From NCBI RefSeq assembly GCF_009914755.1, contig NC_060925.1: a stretch of DNA of 64,000 bases, one strand, 5' to 3'. Source of the stretch: the human T2T-CHM13v2.0 reference genome, Homo sapiens. Below are positions 1 through 14,937 of the stretch, one piece after another; within the stretch, counting starts at the first letter, position 1; the number at the start of each line of letters is the position of its first letter. The position numbers were made by a program, and so were the translations under genes. Under the pieces are notes generated by a model that worked only from the letters and a program-made list of their open reading frames with translations, did no database searches and had not been told where the DNA came from.

Positions 1-2104
1 AATACAGCTTGTGATCTAGTAAGTCACTTTTAGGAAATCTCACTACCTCTTGGGTAGAATCCAAATTCTTGGTAGCCCTGCACTCATGGCCCCAGCCTGC
101 CTTCTTCCTCACCTCCTCTGACTCCTGACTCATGCCCTACATTTAAGGCAATTGGACCTTGTGGCTTTGCCCCTTCTGTGCCACATTTTCCAGCCTCCAT
201 GACTTTGCTCTCCTATCTCAACATCCAAAGCAGCCCAAACTACAAGGCGTGTCTAACATGCTCTCTTCTTCATGAAGCCACCCTTGCCTCTGTTCTGCTC
301 TGCCCCTCTCATGACCTGATTCTTTTCTGCCCTAGCTTATGATTGGTTGGCAGTCCTGTCTAGCAGTTTGTCTTGACTCCCACCCTTCCTATGCTCCGTG
401 TCTTTTCCTGCTCAGAATCCCTTCTGGGATTGCCCATGACCTCAGTTAAAGTCCAACAGGGGGGAAGGCCCTCACACCCCTCCAGTCTGGTCTCAAGTCA
501 TCCCCATGTGTAAACTCTGTGCTCCATCCAAAGGCTTCTCTTCTTTGTGTTTTGAAACTCCCAGTGGTTTCCATGGCCATGTCTTGAGTCCATTCTCTCT
601 CTCCCTCTTTGCTGGCCTCTCCTTTATTTGCTTATAGAAACCCAGCTCTCCCTTTTACACTAAATTTAGATGGCAGCACTCTTTTGTGAAATGTTTCTTC
701 ATTATCCTGGTTAAACATTATATATCCCACCTGTGAACTGTTGTGACATTTAGCTTCTGTTGACATTTGTTACATATTTCTGTAAATTGTCATTATTTTT
801 GTATTTTGCTTACCTAATCAATTAGTAATCTGCTCCTGGAGTTGATGTGCTATTTCTTAGACTTATATTTTTAACATCTGGTTTTGAGTGTTGTGTTTCA
901 GTGCCATAGATTGCTTGGTGAAGATGTGTTGATTGAATTCAACTGTGAATAATCACAGGATTCCCTGGCTTAGGCAGCTATACATTTACCTTCTTCATAT
1001 CTTACTTTTCTTGCTTGCAAAATTGTGCTAATTTTATTCTGTAAAAGAATGGCATGGAACTAAATTGGACAGACCCTCTATATTTTTTCAATGTGGCATA
1101 TTTTTATTGTTGCTTAAAATAAATTTGCTTCCTAGCTTAGATGCAATAGAGGAAGCCAGTTTCTCGGGTGTTGCTGCAATCCCCAGCTAACTTGTGGTAA
1201 AAGCTGATAGGGTTTGGATTCTACTAGATAGATTGGAGAAAAAGAAAACAACAAACACACAATTTCAGTACATTCTACTTAGTAAAGCCCTCAGAGTAGA
1301 AGCCTAAAACAAGCTCTGTACACAACAGGGGAATCAGGCTGAGGCTTTTCCTTGGGAAGTTAAAGCTGTGACACAGACTCAGCCCTGTGCTGCTGGGATC
1401 TCCACCTGGAGCTCCCATTAGCACCTTCAACTCTTGACAGCTAAGATGGGCTCCTTATTTTCCCTCCCAAACGTTTTTTTTTTTTTTTTTTTTAATCTTG
1501 GTTGGTGATACCACCTGGCAGTTTCTGGGAGCCATGGGAACCAGGGAAGGCTTTATCCCTCCTGCTCCCCACGCTGATTTTTCTTCTGAAAACCATCATT
1601 TTCAACCATCACAGAAGCCTCCTCATGCCATGGATTTCTACAGTGCCACCTTGGTGATCTCTCTAAACTACAAATGAATATCTTTTGCCTCGTTTGAAAG
1701 CTGTTTCTGTTTTCTATGAACAAGATGCCCCACTTCCCCTGTCTTCCTGGTGACAAGCTCATCCTTGGAAACGCTACATAGATGTCTTTTCTTCTGGGCT
1801 GTTTGATTCTCCCAGTGACTCAATCTGTCTCCCTCCTCCCTCTGGTTGCGTAGCTACCCTAAAGGTCCATTAAGTTAAGGGCTTCCCATCTGTCTTCTGT
1901 ACTGGGTGGTGAGTGCTGGGATAGTGGTGGTAGTGGGTTGGTGTTTGCTAACTCTGTCCAGCATGCTGCCTAGCAGCTAATAACAGAAGCTCAGTTAATA
2001 CCTGTTGACTTGAATATGCAAACAAATCATCGCATCCTAGTAATCCAGAGAAGATGGGATATGCTGTCTTCTAAGTAGGCATCTTAGAGCCCCCCAGGCA
2101 GCTA

Positions 2105-2340
2105 CAGATTGGGTGTCCCTAATCTGAAAACCTGAAATCCAAAATTCTTCAAAATCTGAAATTTTTTGAATGCTGACATGACTCTCAAAGGAAATGCTTA
2201 TTGGAGCACTTAGAATTCTGCATTTTTGGATGAGGCATGCTCAACTGGTAAGTGTAATGCACACATTCCAAAATCTTAAAAAGTCTGAAATCTGGAACAC
2301 TTATGGTCCCAAGCATTTAGAAAAAGGGATACTCAACCTG
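2105..2340 (+). mobile_element. Tigger4a (MER46A-type) TcMar MITE, full length
   Basis: TIRs CAGATTGGGTGTCCCT / AGGGATACTCAACCTG, TA target duplication on both sides, 236 bp. Confidence 0.88.
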
Positions 2341-2499
2341 TAATAGCCACTGCATGGCTTTGTCCTGCCCTGTTTCTGTGTGTATTCAACAGGGTGACCC
2401 TCTTCCTCTCATGTCCCATCTACTTTCCATCATCCACCCCTTCCACATCAGTAAGTGTATTTCTCATACCATCTACATGTCATTGAATTTGGAGTAAGT

Positions 2500-2615
2500 A
2501 GACCTAGGAACTTACACTGGCTCTGTTAGCAATTAGTTGTGTGACCTTGGAGAAGTCATCTATTTTTTTCTCAGCTTCAGGTTTTCCATCTGTAAAAGGG
2601 AAGAGTGGTTATTAG
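2500..2615 (+). mobile_element. MIR fragment
   Basis: gtgtgaccttggagaagtca...cttcaggttttccatctgtaaaaggg core. Confidence 0.7.
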
Positions 2616-2984
2616 ACTAAAATTAGTAGTTTTAGATATGTTCTGGGGTTAGAAGGCAACAATATTGGGGCCTAGTCCCTGCGTTCAACCAGAATAGTTC
2701 TGTCATGGTGTGTTTTATTTACATATCTTGGTAATATTTATTTTGAACAAAGCTTTCAAAAGGTGTTTGAAAATCCCTGGCTTTGATGAATTATAAAATC
2801 CCTTTCCTCCTATTATCTCAGGAACCACAGTTCCTCATTCATTAATAAAGAACAGGCTTTGCTAGTCTTCTGAAAAGGATTATTGCTTGCTGGGAAAATT
2901 CCTTCCCCTTTAGTTTTCTTAAAATCGAAATTTAATCATAGGTCCCACTGCTTCTCTGAACTGGCTTGGCATGTAAAACCTGAC

Positions 2985-3153
2985 TTGCTTGTTTGTTTGT
3001 TTTTAGAGACAGGGTCTTGCTCTGTCACCCAGGCTGGAGTGCCATGATGTGATTCTAGCTCACCACGGCCTTGAACTCCTGGGCTCAAGAGGCCCTCCCA
3101 CCTCAGCCTCCCCAAGCACTGGCATTGCAGGTGTGAGCCAGCATGCTTGGCCT
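2985..3153 (-). mobile_element. Free Alu monomer (FRAM-like)
   Basis: Single ~165-bp arm with (TTTG)n tail. Confidence 0.8.
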
Positions 3154-4089
3154 CGTTTCTATTTTTATTGTCTTTCCAATCTTTGCTCTCAGTTTATGCT
3201 GAGATTTGATAGCTGATCATAAAACTCAGCTCTGTGGGGATGTCATCTTGGAGATAAGCTGCTACTCTAAGAGGCTGGAGGCAGGCCTAGGCTTGCCTTT
3301 TGTGAGGTGAGTGGGAAGAGAAGTTCTGGGCATTGGCAGGATTCATTTGAACATACATCATTTAAAAAGCATTTGTTAAAAAACTAGTATGAAAACTAAA
3401 ATGCAGTGCATTTGAGTATAAAAGGAAAAAGAATTTATTGGGTGCCTCCCACAAGCAATGTGCTGTGGTGAGGAGTAAAAAACAAAGACTACACTGTGTT
3501 TTCTCTTCCAAAATCCTCAGACCAAACATCTTCTAAGAAGCCATTAAATTAACCTAACATTTGGGGTTCATAAATGTTTGTTTCCTGTTGAAAATAAAAA
3601 GAGAACTGTGAGCCATTTTGACCTTGCTGGTAGAGCCTTCAAAGATGGATTTAGTTCAGACTTGCTCTCTGTGACCTAAATCTGCATTCTTTGCAGTTTG
3701 TACACTAATAGTTCAAGGATAGAAGGCACAGTACAAACTTTGTAATAACTGTTATTAGTGACTGAATTGCTGTTTGTTTTATTTTTTTTAAATGAAGCAA
3801 ACTCATCAAAGAAAGCATGGGCTCTTGCCTTCATGGTTTTGCAAGTACTGTTCCTTCAATCTGGAACATTCTTCTTCCTGTCCTTGCATCCCCTTCCGAT
3901 GGTTAACTGATTTCTAAAGTCCCTGTTTAGAGTGCGAATCCTCTGGGAAGCCCTCCCAAGTCTGAGTTATGCAACCCTCTTGTGGTCTCCTAAAACATCT
4001 TGTGCTTACCCTTGTACATAGAGCTTACTGAGTACTAACCATAGATGTACTTTACCTATTTGGATTCATTTTATCCTCTCATCATGATA

Positions 4090-4220
4090 AGGTAGACCCT
4101 GTTATTATCACCATTAGATAGAGTGGAAACGAAGTTGCGTAGAAGTTAAGTGACTTGCCTAGGGTCACTTAGCTAGCCAGTGTTGGAGCAGGGGAGTCTA
4201 GCTCCAGAGTGCATACTCAT
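4090..4220 (-). mobile_element. MIR fragment
   Basis: gttaagtgacttgcctagggtcacttagctag. Confidence 0.7.
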
Positions 4221-5359
4221 AAATGTTCATGTACTCTTGGCATCCTGGCATTTCCAGTACCAGAACAGCCTTGCTGGCAGTGTTTTCCAGGCCTAACAAT
4301 TTGCTTGGCACTTAGAAGGCATTAGTGTATACTTGTTGGAAGAGTAGATGAAGCGTGACCCTCACCTCCAGGAACTTTCTGTGTGGTGGCTTGGTCACAG
4401 AAAGTTATGATATGAGGTCAGAGGCAGAGATTTTAGGAGGCTTGAGGACCTGGGAGGAGGGAGAGACCCATGCTGCCTGGGGGTTGGGGGCTGGCTCCAG
4501 TGTGCTTAACTTTCCCGGACAAGGAGCTGGTGTCTCAGCCGGACAGTGACCAGCCTCTCTGGTTGTGTCAGGACAACCTGGAATGTCTCTTGAACTAGTC
4601 ACCCAGATAACCTCAATTTTAAGAGAAATATTAAGTATTTGATTTGTAGAAGCCTATTAAAAACAAAAACATTTTTTTTTCTCAGTGCCAAAGAGAGAAG
4701 AAGTTAAACTTGCCATCTGAACAATGGAATTCCCAAAGCACAAATAAAGAGCAACTTCTTTTGTAAAAGGATTTTGAGTCTAAAGAGCTTGTCTAGAGGA
4801 AGCTATCATGAGCCACCCACATTTGCAATGCCCCTGGTGTGGAAGGGAATAGAATGTCAGCAGAGGTTGGCTGAGAGAACCACAGGTAGGACACCATGCC
4901 TCCCTGAGGATGGTAGCCTGAGTTCTGGTCCTGAGGCATTGATGAGAGCTGCCACAATTCACAGGTGTCCTTAACAGCACTCATTCATACATGTTCAGAT
5001 AGGCTTTAGTTTAGAGAATAGATATATTACAGCAGGGATGTCAGCACATTTTGCTGTAACCAAGTCTGTGCTTGGTCTTTCGCTGTTTCCTGAACATGCC
5101 AGACTCCTTAACTGCACTTGGGTTTCTTGCCTCTTCCGCTTCCCTTTCCCCTGGGTCCCTCCCAATCCTTCTCCCTCTCCCATTGAGCCTTCCCAAGTAA
5201 CTCCACTGCTCACTAATCTCCCAATTTTTGGAAATGCCACAGTCTTTCTAACTTGTAACTTCATGGTTTTGCAAGTGCTGTTCCTTCAATCTGGAACATT
5301 CTTCTTCCTGTCTTTGCATCCCCTTCTGATGGTAAAGGTGGTGTTATCTGACATCAGAT

Positions 5360-5530
5360 TGTGGAGTTTAAGGTCTGCTTCTGACGATTTTTTGGACATG
5401 CCACTTAACCTCTCTGAGCTATCCATTTCCCATAGGTAAAGGGGACATGAATAACAGTTTCTGCGGCATGGGGTTGTTATAAGGATTAACTGAAGAAATG
5501 CAGGTAAAGTGGTAGGCACAGTGCCAGGCA
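5360..5530 (+). mobile_element. MIR fragment
   Basis: ccacttaacctctctgagc...gttgttataaggattaactgaag. Confidence 0.7.
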
Positions 5531-6494
5531 TACACCAATCCCTGTGGGCCAGTCCCACAGAACAGGGCCCCACCTTCCTTTGCTCTGGGTCCTGATGGTG
5601 TCCCAGCAGTGGCTTTGGAGTTGGAGGTGGGCTTGCCATCCACCACATGCAGCAAACACAAACAAAGTGATGTTGAATTGGGGCTGAAGTTACTATTCTA
5701 GAGTTTATGTGGCTGGGTAATGGGGAGGATCCTCTCTGGGCTACAGAATAGAATGTGCTTAATCACTGGCTTATTTGTTAACCAAGTCAGGGAAAGTTTG
5801 GCTAAGGACCCTAACTTACATTTGGGGTTGTAGTCTTTACTCACCCTATTGCCCGCCTCATCTGAATCCTTTAGATTTGTAAAATGCCAGAAATCGAAGC
5901 CAACCCAAACAGAACAGTAGGGTTTATTGGCCCAAAACTGGCAGGGGGACCCGGGACCAGCCTCTCCAACAGGTGACGTCTATTATCACGCGTCCTGAAG
6001 GCGCTTCCAGCTTCCTGGTACTCAGTCCTCCCACTGCTGGCTGCAGAGATTTTTTTTTTTTTTAAATAAGGTTAAAAAGTAACCCTTCTCACCATGAATA
6101 AGCAAAAACACTGAGGCAGAGGTATTGCACGCTCAAAGTGAGTAACTTGAATTTCAGCTGCCAGATTTCTGAGCTTACTGCCAGGGCAGAAAGAAACAGC
6201 AGATCTGAGCTGTGGGGATTCTTGGGCTTTGTATTTGCCATTACGGTCAGAGACAGGCCAGTCTTTGCTTGTGGATTTTTATTTGTACACTTCTGAGCTC
6301 TCAGTTGTTTAATCCAAAGTAGCTGGAACTATGGGGTAGTAGATGGGTGACACGACAAGACATGAATTCTGTGTGTGGGATTAGGATTTGGTCTTGATAT
6401 AAGCTCAATTACAATGGTTCATGGGGAAATTAAAAAAAAAAAAACATAAGCCCTATTGTTCTGGGCCCAAAATTTCCCGGCTGTGAACAGTTGT

Positions 6495-6730
6495 TAACAT
6501 TTGCTAAGCTCTTACTGTGCACTATGCAGGTGCCATGCTGCGTGTATGACAGTTATTGCTTCACATAGTCCTCATAGCAACCCTTCAAGGTGGATGTTAG
6601 TCCTATCTGCACTCTATAGATTCAAACCGAGATTCAGAGAGGTTGGTGACTGGCCCAAAGTCAAATAATTAGAAAGTGGCGGAGCTGGGACTTGAACCCA
6701 GGTCTGACTGATGCCAAAGCCTGTGCATTT
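6495..6730 (-). mobile_element. MIR, near full length
   Basis: gagattcagagaggttggtgactggcccaaagtca...gggacttgaacccaggtctgactg. Confidence 0.75.
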
Positions 6731-9700
6731 AATAGAATAGAGGAAAAATCTCAACAAACCCTCTCCTTTCCCACTACCTCAGTTAGCTCAGTGGGAATAG
6801 ATTGCTCCCATCTTCCTTATAACATAGTTGGCAGCCTCTCAACTCCAGCATCTTAGGAAAGGGGCATGGGTTTGCCTCCAGAGTTCAAGTGTTGGGGAGG
6901 GAGGCTGAGGCTGGTGACACAGCACAGCACCACAGGGCTGGTTATTGCCTGGTCTTGGCAAAAATAAGGTCCAGACAAGATCTGTACTGTGGGAAATGAG
7001 GTGTGGGGAGGCATGTCTCTTTCCTGTCAAAGGAAAGGTAGCTAGCTGCCCAATATAGATATCCTTGTTTGTAAAAAGCACCAACCACAAGGGTCTTCAG
7101 GGGATTTTTGCCCTGTGACTCACAATATGAATGTATGATGCAAGGCGAGTTTGTTTTAGGTGGGAGGATTTGGGTTGGGCTGTCTCCAGAGCTGAGGTCA
7201 AGGTTGGGTGTAGCCCAGCCTATGTGCTTTTCAGATTGGCCAGCTTTTCTCTTACCTTCCTACTCCCAGGATCATAGCCAGCACCAAACCCAGACCTTTA
7301 CAGGCTCTGGGGTGGAGTCAGAGCTAGAACTCCCATTTCTGGTGCACCATCCTCTCCTCTGCCAGGCCTTAGGGCTCCTGTTTGCTCCTGGTGAATCAGC
7401 ACATTGAGAACTCTGGGTGAGGGGTCTGCGGCCTCAGTGACCTCCGTCGGCATTTAATTCTTTTTGTGTGTTGAGGTTTCTCTTCCAGGAAGAGATATTT
7501 GGGCCAGTGTGGCTATTTGTTGGAGTTTTGCCACCATCTGTACCCTAGAACTGTGTGGAGCTTACAGGTGAGCAAGTGAGAGCCCAGCCCAGAATGCTCT
7601 GTGCCTGACATGAGAGTGCCTGAAAGGTTAGGCCAGACCAGCAACTTTCTCATTCAGCAACTGTTTATTGAACCTTTTGCCCAGAACCAGAGGCAACTGT
7701 GACAAATGCTACTGCCCATGCTGGCAAAAATGCGCACAGTCTGGTAGGGGCTATAGACATATAACGAGTCAAACATTCCACAAAGTAGTAATGTTTCCAC
7801 AGATGACCCTGGGTGGTCCAGGAGCAGAGCTGATGGTGTCTAACCCAGGGGTGTTCAGGGAGGACTCTTGTAGCAGGCACATACTATTCCCCAAACTGTC
7901 ACCTCTCTAATCTGGATCCCCTCCCACCACACCAGCCCCTTGGCTCATTCTTCTATTCCCAATTGTATTATTGCCCTCTGCAGAGAGTCACAAGGGATGG
8001 GACATGAGGCTGGAGAGGAAAGCAGGGCCAGGTCACACATGTCTCAGTGGAGACACTGGACATTTTCATGGGAGCAGTAGGGTGTGAGACTTCAGTTCCA
8101 TCTCTCTCCTGTAACCTAAGCATTTATGAGAGAGAAACCCTTTTTATCCCATGGTGTCAGCCCACAAAAGAAGAACTTCTAAGAAAAACTTCTAAGAGCT
8201 CTGGAGGCAGAACAAGTTCAGGGGCTCTATGCCAGGGTTAACAGGTAACCCTGGCACTCCACGCTGGCCACCAAGCCAGCTTTTGACCTTGGTCATGATT
8301 CTGTTCTGGAAACTGGACCCAGGGAAGCTCCTGTGCCTCCTGCAGCTCTGTGCTTTATTCCCTGTCACAGGTATTGGCATGCACTAGATGATGTCATTGT
8401 GGACTCATGTTGTCACCAGCAACGGTGAGGAGAAGAGCTCAATCCTTGAAAGCCAGTGCCATATCCTGTGTATTTTTTTCTAAATGGGACTATCTTATTG
8501 TAAGTTATTATTACTAAAGTTTTATGTACATGTATATTCCTTATAAAAAAGAAACATTCCAGAATTTTATACAATAGAAAGTGGAATTTCCTGCCTCCCC
8601 TTACAGTCCTGTCCCTCCCAACCATTATCCTTCCAAACTTTAAAAGAAATGCATATATATGTAGGTCCAGACATTTCCTGTTGCAGTATCTTTCACCCAA
8701 GCAAAAACAAGCCCTCAGGACCCTCAAAGTGTCCCCCAGTTCTTTCCAGAAGTCCCCCAAAGGGTGCCTTACATGTGTCCATAAGCCTGTCTGGTGCTTG
8801 TAGTCCATATGGCAACCTCTCTGTTTCTCTTCTCCCACGTTTGCTCCCACCCTTGTGTGTCTGCTGCTCACAGAAGCTTGGAGAAGTTCATGGGAGCCAG
8901 ACACCAAAGTCCACGTCGTAGGTGCTGTCTCCAGGTGCCTCCTGAGTCTCCAGTCCTTGGTTGGCATAGATGGGATGATGGTGTCCAGGCAGAGGTGGGA
9001 GAGGACAGTCTGCTCAATGTGTGCCAGTGTCCTTTGTCATCTGGGTCCCCAGTCTGCTCTGCTCAGATCCTGCATCTCATGAGTTCTCGACTGAGTAGTC
9101 CCCATCAGCTTCTGCTGCTAATGCCTCTTGTAGGTGGCCTCAAAATCAGCCTGGGGATCGAGTGGATGGGAAGAGGCTATTCTCTCTCTCACTGTTCTTT
9201 TCCCCTTTCTTTGCCTCTGCCCACTCTTTCAAATAAAACTCTCTTCTCTCCTGTCCTTCATCTTCAAAGAGTTTAATTTGTAGAAGCCTTTTATGTATTA
9301 TGATTATTAACCTTCTATTTATCTATACTGAAGACACTTGTATCAGTTTGTCTTTGACATTGTTAGTGGAAACTTTTGTTCTTAAACATTTTCAAAATTT
9401 TAGTTAGGCAAATAGGCCTAAATTTCCCTTTATAACCTCTGTGTTTTGTATTCTGTTTGGAATGGCCTCTTCTATTCCAGATTACAATATTATCTTCTAG
9501 TAATATAGGAGCTTCATATTTACATTAATCTCTTTTATCCATTTGGAATTTATTTTTGTGGATGTTGTGGGGTAAGTGGAATTTCTTTAAAATTCCCTAT
9601 AGTGTTAGATGTAGAAGCTCAAAGCCACAGATGGACTGAGCTGGCTTTTAGCTGTGGATACCCTGGCAGCAGGTGGGGGAGGGAGGGCTCAATTGCTGAA

Positions 9701-10269
9701 AACACAGATGACTGCGCTCTTGGCCAGCTCTGTTTCCTGCTGAAAATAACTCTTGTACCTTGTGTTGTCAGGGCCGGTCTTTCCCTTGCAATTTAGTTCA
9801 GGCTTCAGAAGTTCAGAGGGATGTGTTCAGGGCTGCATTATTGCTGCATGCAGGGAGAGGCTGAAGGATGCCTGTGAACCATGAAGATTGAGTTTCAAAG
9901 AGGGCCAGGACTCTCCTGTTCACAAGGCCTTGCCCCGCCCTGGTGGGGTAGGCAAGGAATCCTGGAGTTCTGAGCTGCACTAAGCTGCATGGCATCGGAT
10001 GGCATCCTCCATGCCTCCTGGCTACCTTCCTTAGTGATTGTACCTCAGTGCCTGGCATCAAAAATACGTATTTGATGCCTGTGTGGGCATCAAAAATACT
10101 TATTTATTGAGTTGCTAGGAAACCATTAGCAAGGAAGTGGGGTGTCCAGGAAGATGATGATCAGAATGAGAACTTTAATGGCAGTCTGTAGGGGAGGTGA
10201 CATCCATCCATTCATCCGGCAAATATTAGTTGAGTGCCTACTGTGTACTAGGCAGTTTTCTAGGAGGAT

Positions 10270-11074
10270 GTGTTGTTTTTCCAGTAACAACTAATTTGAT
10301 TCTCTGACACCAACCGGGTGTCCTGCAATTCTATTCAATTTTGGCATTAACTACCCGGAGTTAGTGCAGACCACACAGGTTAAGGCTCAGTCCTATAAGA
10401 ATGCACCCCCCACCCCCAACTTTAGATGCCAGCTGCAAATGGTGTCTACAGGCTACCCACACTTCTGCCTGGCAGACTGCAAAATCTAGAGTTCCCACAA
10501 CCTCCCCAGCACCAGGTTCAATAATTGGTTAGAACAACTTACAGGACTCAGGAACATATGATCCTAGTTTATTATAAGGATATAAATGAACAACCAGATG
10601 AGGAGGTACATAGACTGAGGTCTGGAAGGGTCTGGAGTGCAGGGGCCTCTGTCCTGGTGAAATTGGGGTATATTCTCATCATATGGAAGTGTTAAATCTG
10701 GAAGCTCCCCAAGCCCCATTGTTTAGGGCTTTTATATGGAGTTTCATTACATATGCATGATTAATTAAATCACTGGCTATTGGTGATTGAACTAAATTTC
10801 CAGCTCTTCTTCCCTCTCAGAGGTTGGGAGAAGGGCTGAAAGTTCCAGCTCTCTAATAACATGGTTGGTTCCTTTGGCAACCAGCCCCCATCCTGAAGCT
10901 ATATGGGGGTCCACGATGAGTCACCTCATTAGCAAAAAGTCAGGTTTGTTCAAAAGAGGTTTATTAGGAATAACAAAAAGACACTTCCATCACTCAGAAA
11001 ATTTCAAGGGTTTTAGGAGCTCTCTGCCAGGATGCAGGGAGAAATACCAGATATGTATTTTTTATTATACCACA
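10270..11074 (-). mobile_element. MER21-family solo LTR, inserted in an L2 remnant
   Basis: Ends ...gggttttaggagctctctgccagg...tattataccaca; internal ccagcccccatcctgaagctat and cacctcattagc match recalled MER21 consensus. Confidence 0.8.
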
Positions 11075-11297
11075 GTAAGATATCTGTCCTTGTAGAACCT
11101 ACAGTCTGGTGGGAGAAAACTCCCAATAAAAAATAGACATAAGTTCTTTGACATATTGGAAGGCGATAAGTGCTATGGGGAAAAAGCAGAGCAGAGTAAA
11201 GGGGCTGGGGGATAGGTGGGCAGGAGTGGCAAATGTGTAGCAATTTTAAATGTGTTTCAGGTGAGAGCTAATTTAGTTTTAGGCAAAAACTCAAGTA

Positions 11298-12158
11298 TAG
11301 TTGTGTGCCACATAACTACATTTCCATCAACAGCCTTAGGCAGGTCCTTCAGGAGGAATTCCAGGAGAAGGCATTGCTGTGGTAGGAAATGACAGCTCCA
11401 TGAGTGTGATTGCCCCTGGAGACTTCCCAGTGGGACAAGATGTGGAGGTGGAAGAAGGTGGCATTGATGACCCTGATGCTGTGTTTGCCTAGGCTAATAT
11501 GTGTGTTTGTGTCTTAGTTTTTAACCAAAACATTTAAAGAGAGAAAAAATAAAGAATTTAAAAAGCAGTAAAAAGCTTATAGAATAAGGATATAAAGAAA
11601 GAGAATAATTTTGTTATTGCTATACAATTTGTGTTTAAAGCTAAGTGTTATTACAAGAGAACCAAAAAGTTTAAAAAATGTTAAAGTTTATAAAGTAAAA
11701 CCGTTAATTTGTTATTAAAGAGAAATAGTTTCTGAATAAATTTAGTGTCACCTAAGTGTACAGTGCTTATGAAGTCTACAGTAGTATTCAGTAATGTCCT
11801 AGGCCTTCACATTCACTCACCACTCACTCACTGACTCACCAAGGGCAACTTCCAGTCCTGCAAGCTCTGTTTATGGTAAGTGCCCTATACAGGCATACCA
11901 TTTTAAAATGTATTTTTGATGTTTAGATATGGAAGTATTTACCATTGTGTTACAATTTTCTACACAGTATTCAGTACAGTAACACACTATACAGGTTTGT
12001 AGCCTAGGAGTAATAGGCTATACCGTATAGCCTAGGTATGTAGTAGGCTAGTCCATTTAGGTTTGGGTAAGTGCACTGTATGATGTTCACATGACAACAA
12101 AATCGCCTAATGATGCGTTTTGCAAAATATATCCCCATCGTTAAGCAATGCATGATTG
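11298..12158 (+). mobile_element. Tigger3 (Golem) non-autonomous derivative (Tigger3b-like, internally deleted)
   Basis: Degenerate TIRs tagttgtgtgccacataac / gttaagcaatgcatgattg with TA flanks; typical cattcactcaccactcactcactgactcacc motif. Confidence 0.85.
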
Positions 12159-12456
12159 TACTGTGCTTGGTGCAGAATAGAATCATTAATAGAAAATATA
12201 CAAAGGGTATGATAAGAAATTAAGTGTATGGTTGAAACAAATTGCTGTGATTCATTATTCCTATTCTAATAATGAGTTGGGCTCTATTTTGGTTGATTGG
12301 CATCAGGAAAATACCAGCAGTACCTCTGGATCAGGTTCAGAGTTAACTTGAGGCGGGATAAAAATAAAGAACTGACCACAAATCCAGAATAGCCATATTA
12401 TGTTGTGGTCATTTCATGTGCTAGGTGAGCTGAGGACAAACAGAACTTTAGATAGG

Positions 12457-12815
12457 TGTTGTTTGGGCTACTATAACAAAATTCCGTAGACTGAGTGACT
12501 TATATACAACATACATTTATTACTCACAGTTCTAGACGCTGGGAAGTTCAAGATCAAGGTGCTAACAGATTTGATGTCCGGTGAGGGCTCACTTTCTGGT
12601 TCATGAACAGCCATCTTACCACTGAGTCCTTACATGACGAAAGGAGTGAGGGAGCTCTCCAGGGTCTTTTTTATAGGGGCACTAGTCCCAGATTAGCCCT
12701 AATGACCTAATCACCCACCAAAGGTCCTACCTCTTAATACCATCATACTGGCAATAGAATTTCAACATGTGAATTTGGGGGTGGGGGGAGGGGACACAAA
12801 CATTCAGTCTACACA
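12457..12815 (-). mobile_element. MLT1A-type MaLR LTR
   Basis: ctcacagttctagacgctgggaagttcaagatcaaggtgc...ggacacaaacattcagtc. Confidence 0.82.
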
Positions 12816-13639
12816 GTAATAGGCATAGAAGAAATCCCATTAGAAATGGGATCTGTGAGGCCAGCCCTGAAGACATTTATTTTTTCTTCCTCCTTTCATA
12901 GAGCTGGATGTTTATCTTCTTGAGATACTGCACTCATTTATTTCTTAGAAAAAGCTTCTAAGAGATCCTCGAGCTCATCAAAGCATGTACATTCTTCAGA
13001 CAGCTGTGCTACAGTTGTATTGAAGTAAATAGTACAACAGCATCTAGAGAGCCTTAGAACTGAGGGTGACTTTAGAAGATATTTGATCATTTACTTCAAC
13101 TCCTCCTTTTACAGATGAAGGAATTGCCCAAGGTCAGTACAGAGGATTCATGAGAATCAGATCTTCTGACTTCTTACATGGCGTTTTACCCACCATATTC
13201 TGCTGCTCATATTATAATCTTATGCTTAGAATTTGGAATTACCATATATTTTTGTGAAGGGATATTTAGGGGTGACTGATTATTTTCTCCTTGCTGAGAA
13301 CTTTACTTCTCAGATACGTCCTGGCACCCTACTCCCACTATAACTGATTGGTTTAGTTGGACCCATTAGATTCTTATTCTGAGATTTTGGACTGAGTCCA
13401 GGAATTGGGAATGGATTCATGTTAGCTTTCTAAGCTGTAGAAGGAAGGTCTTCAAATTTCTTCACTGAAGTCTTACAAGCTGTCTTGTCCTATTTCTTGG
13501 ATTTCATTCTTCCAACAAAACCCTTGTTTTATTGATGCTAACTCAGATTGGTTTCTGTTATTTGCATTCAAGAAAGTCTTAAACAAAAACCAAAGAAGCC
13601 AATGATAAGATACATCAGTTGCTTCCAGATCTGAGTTTT

Positions 13640-14937
<1,298 letters not shown>

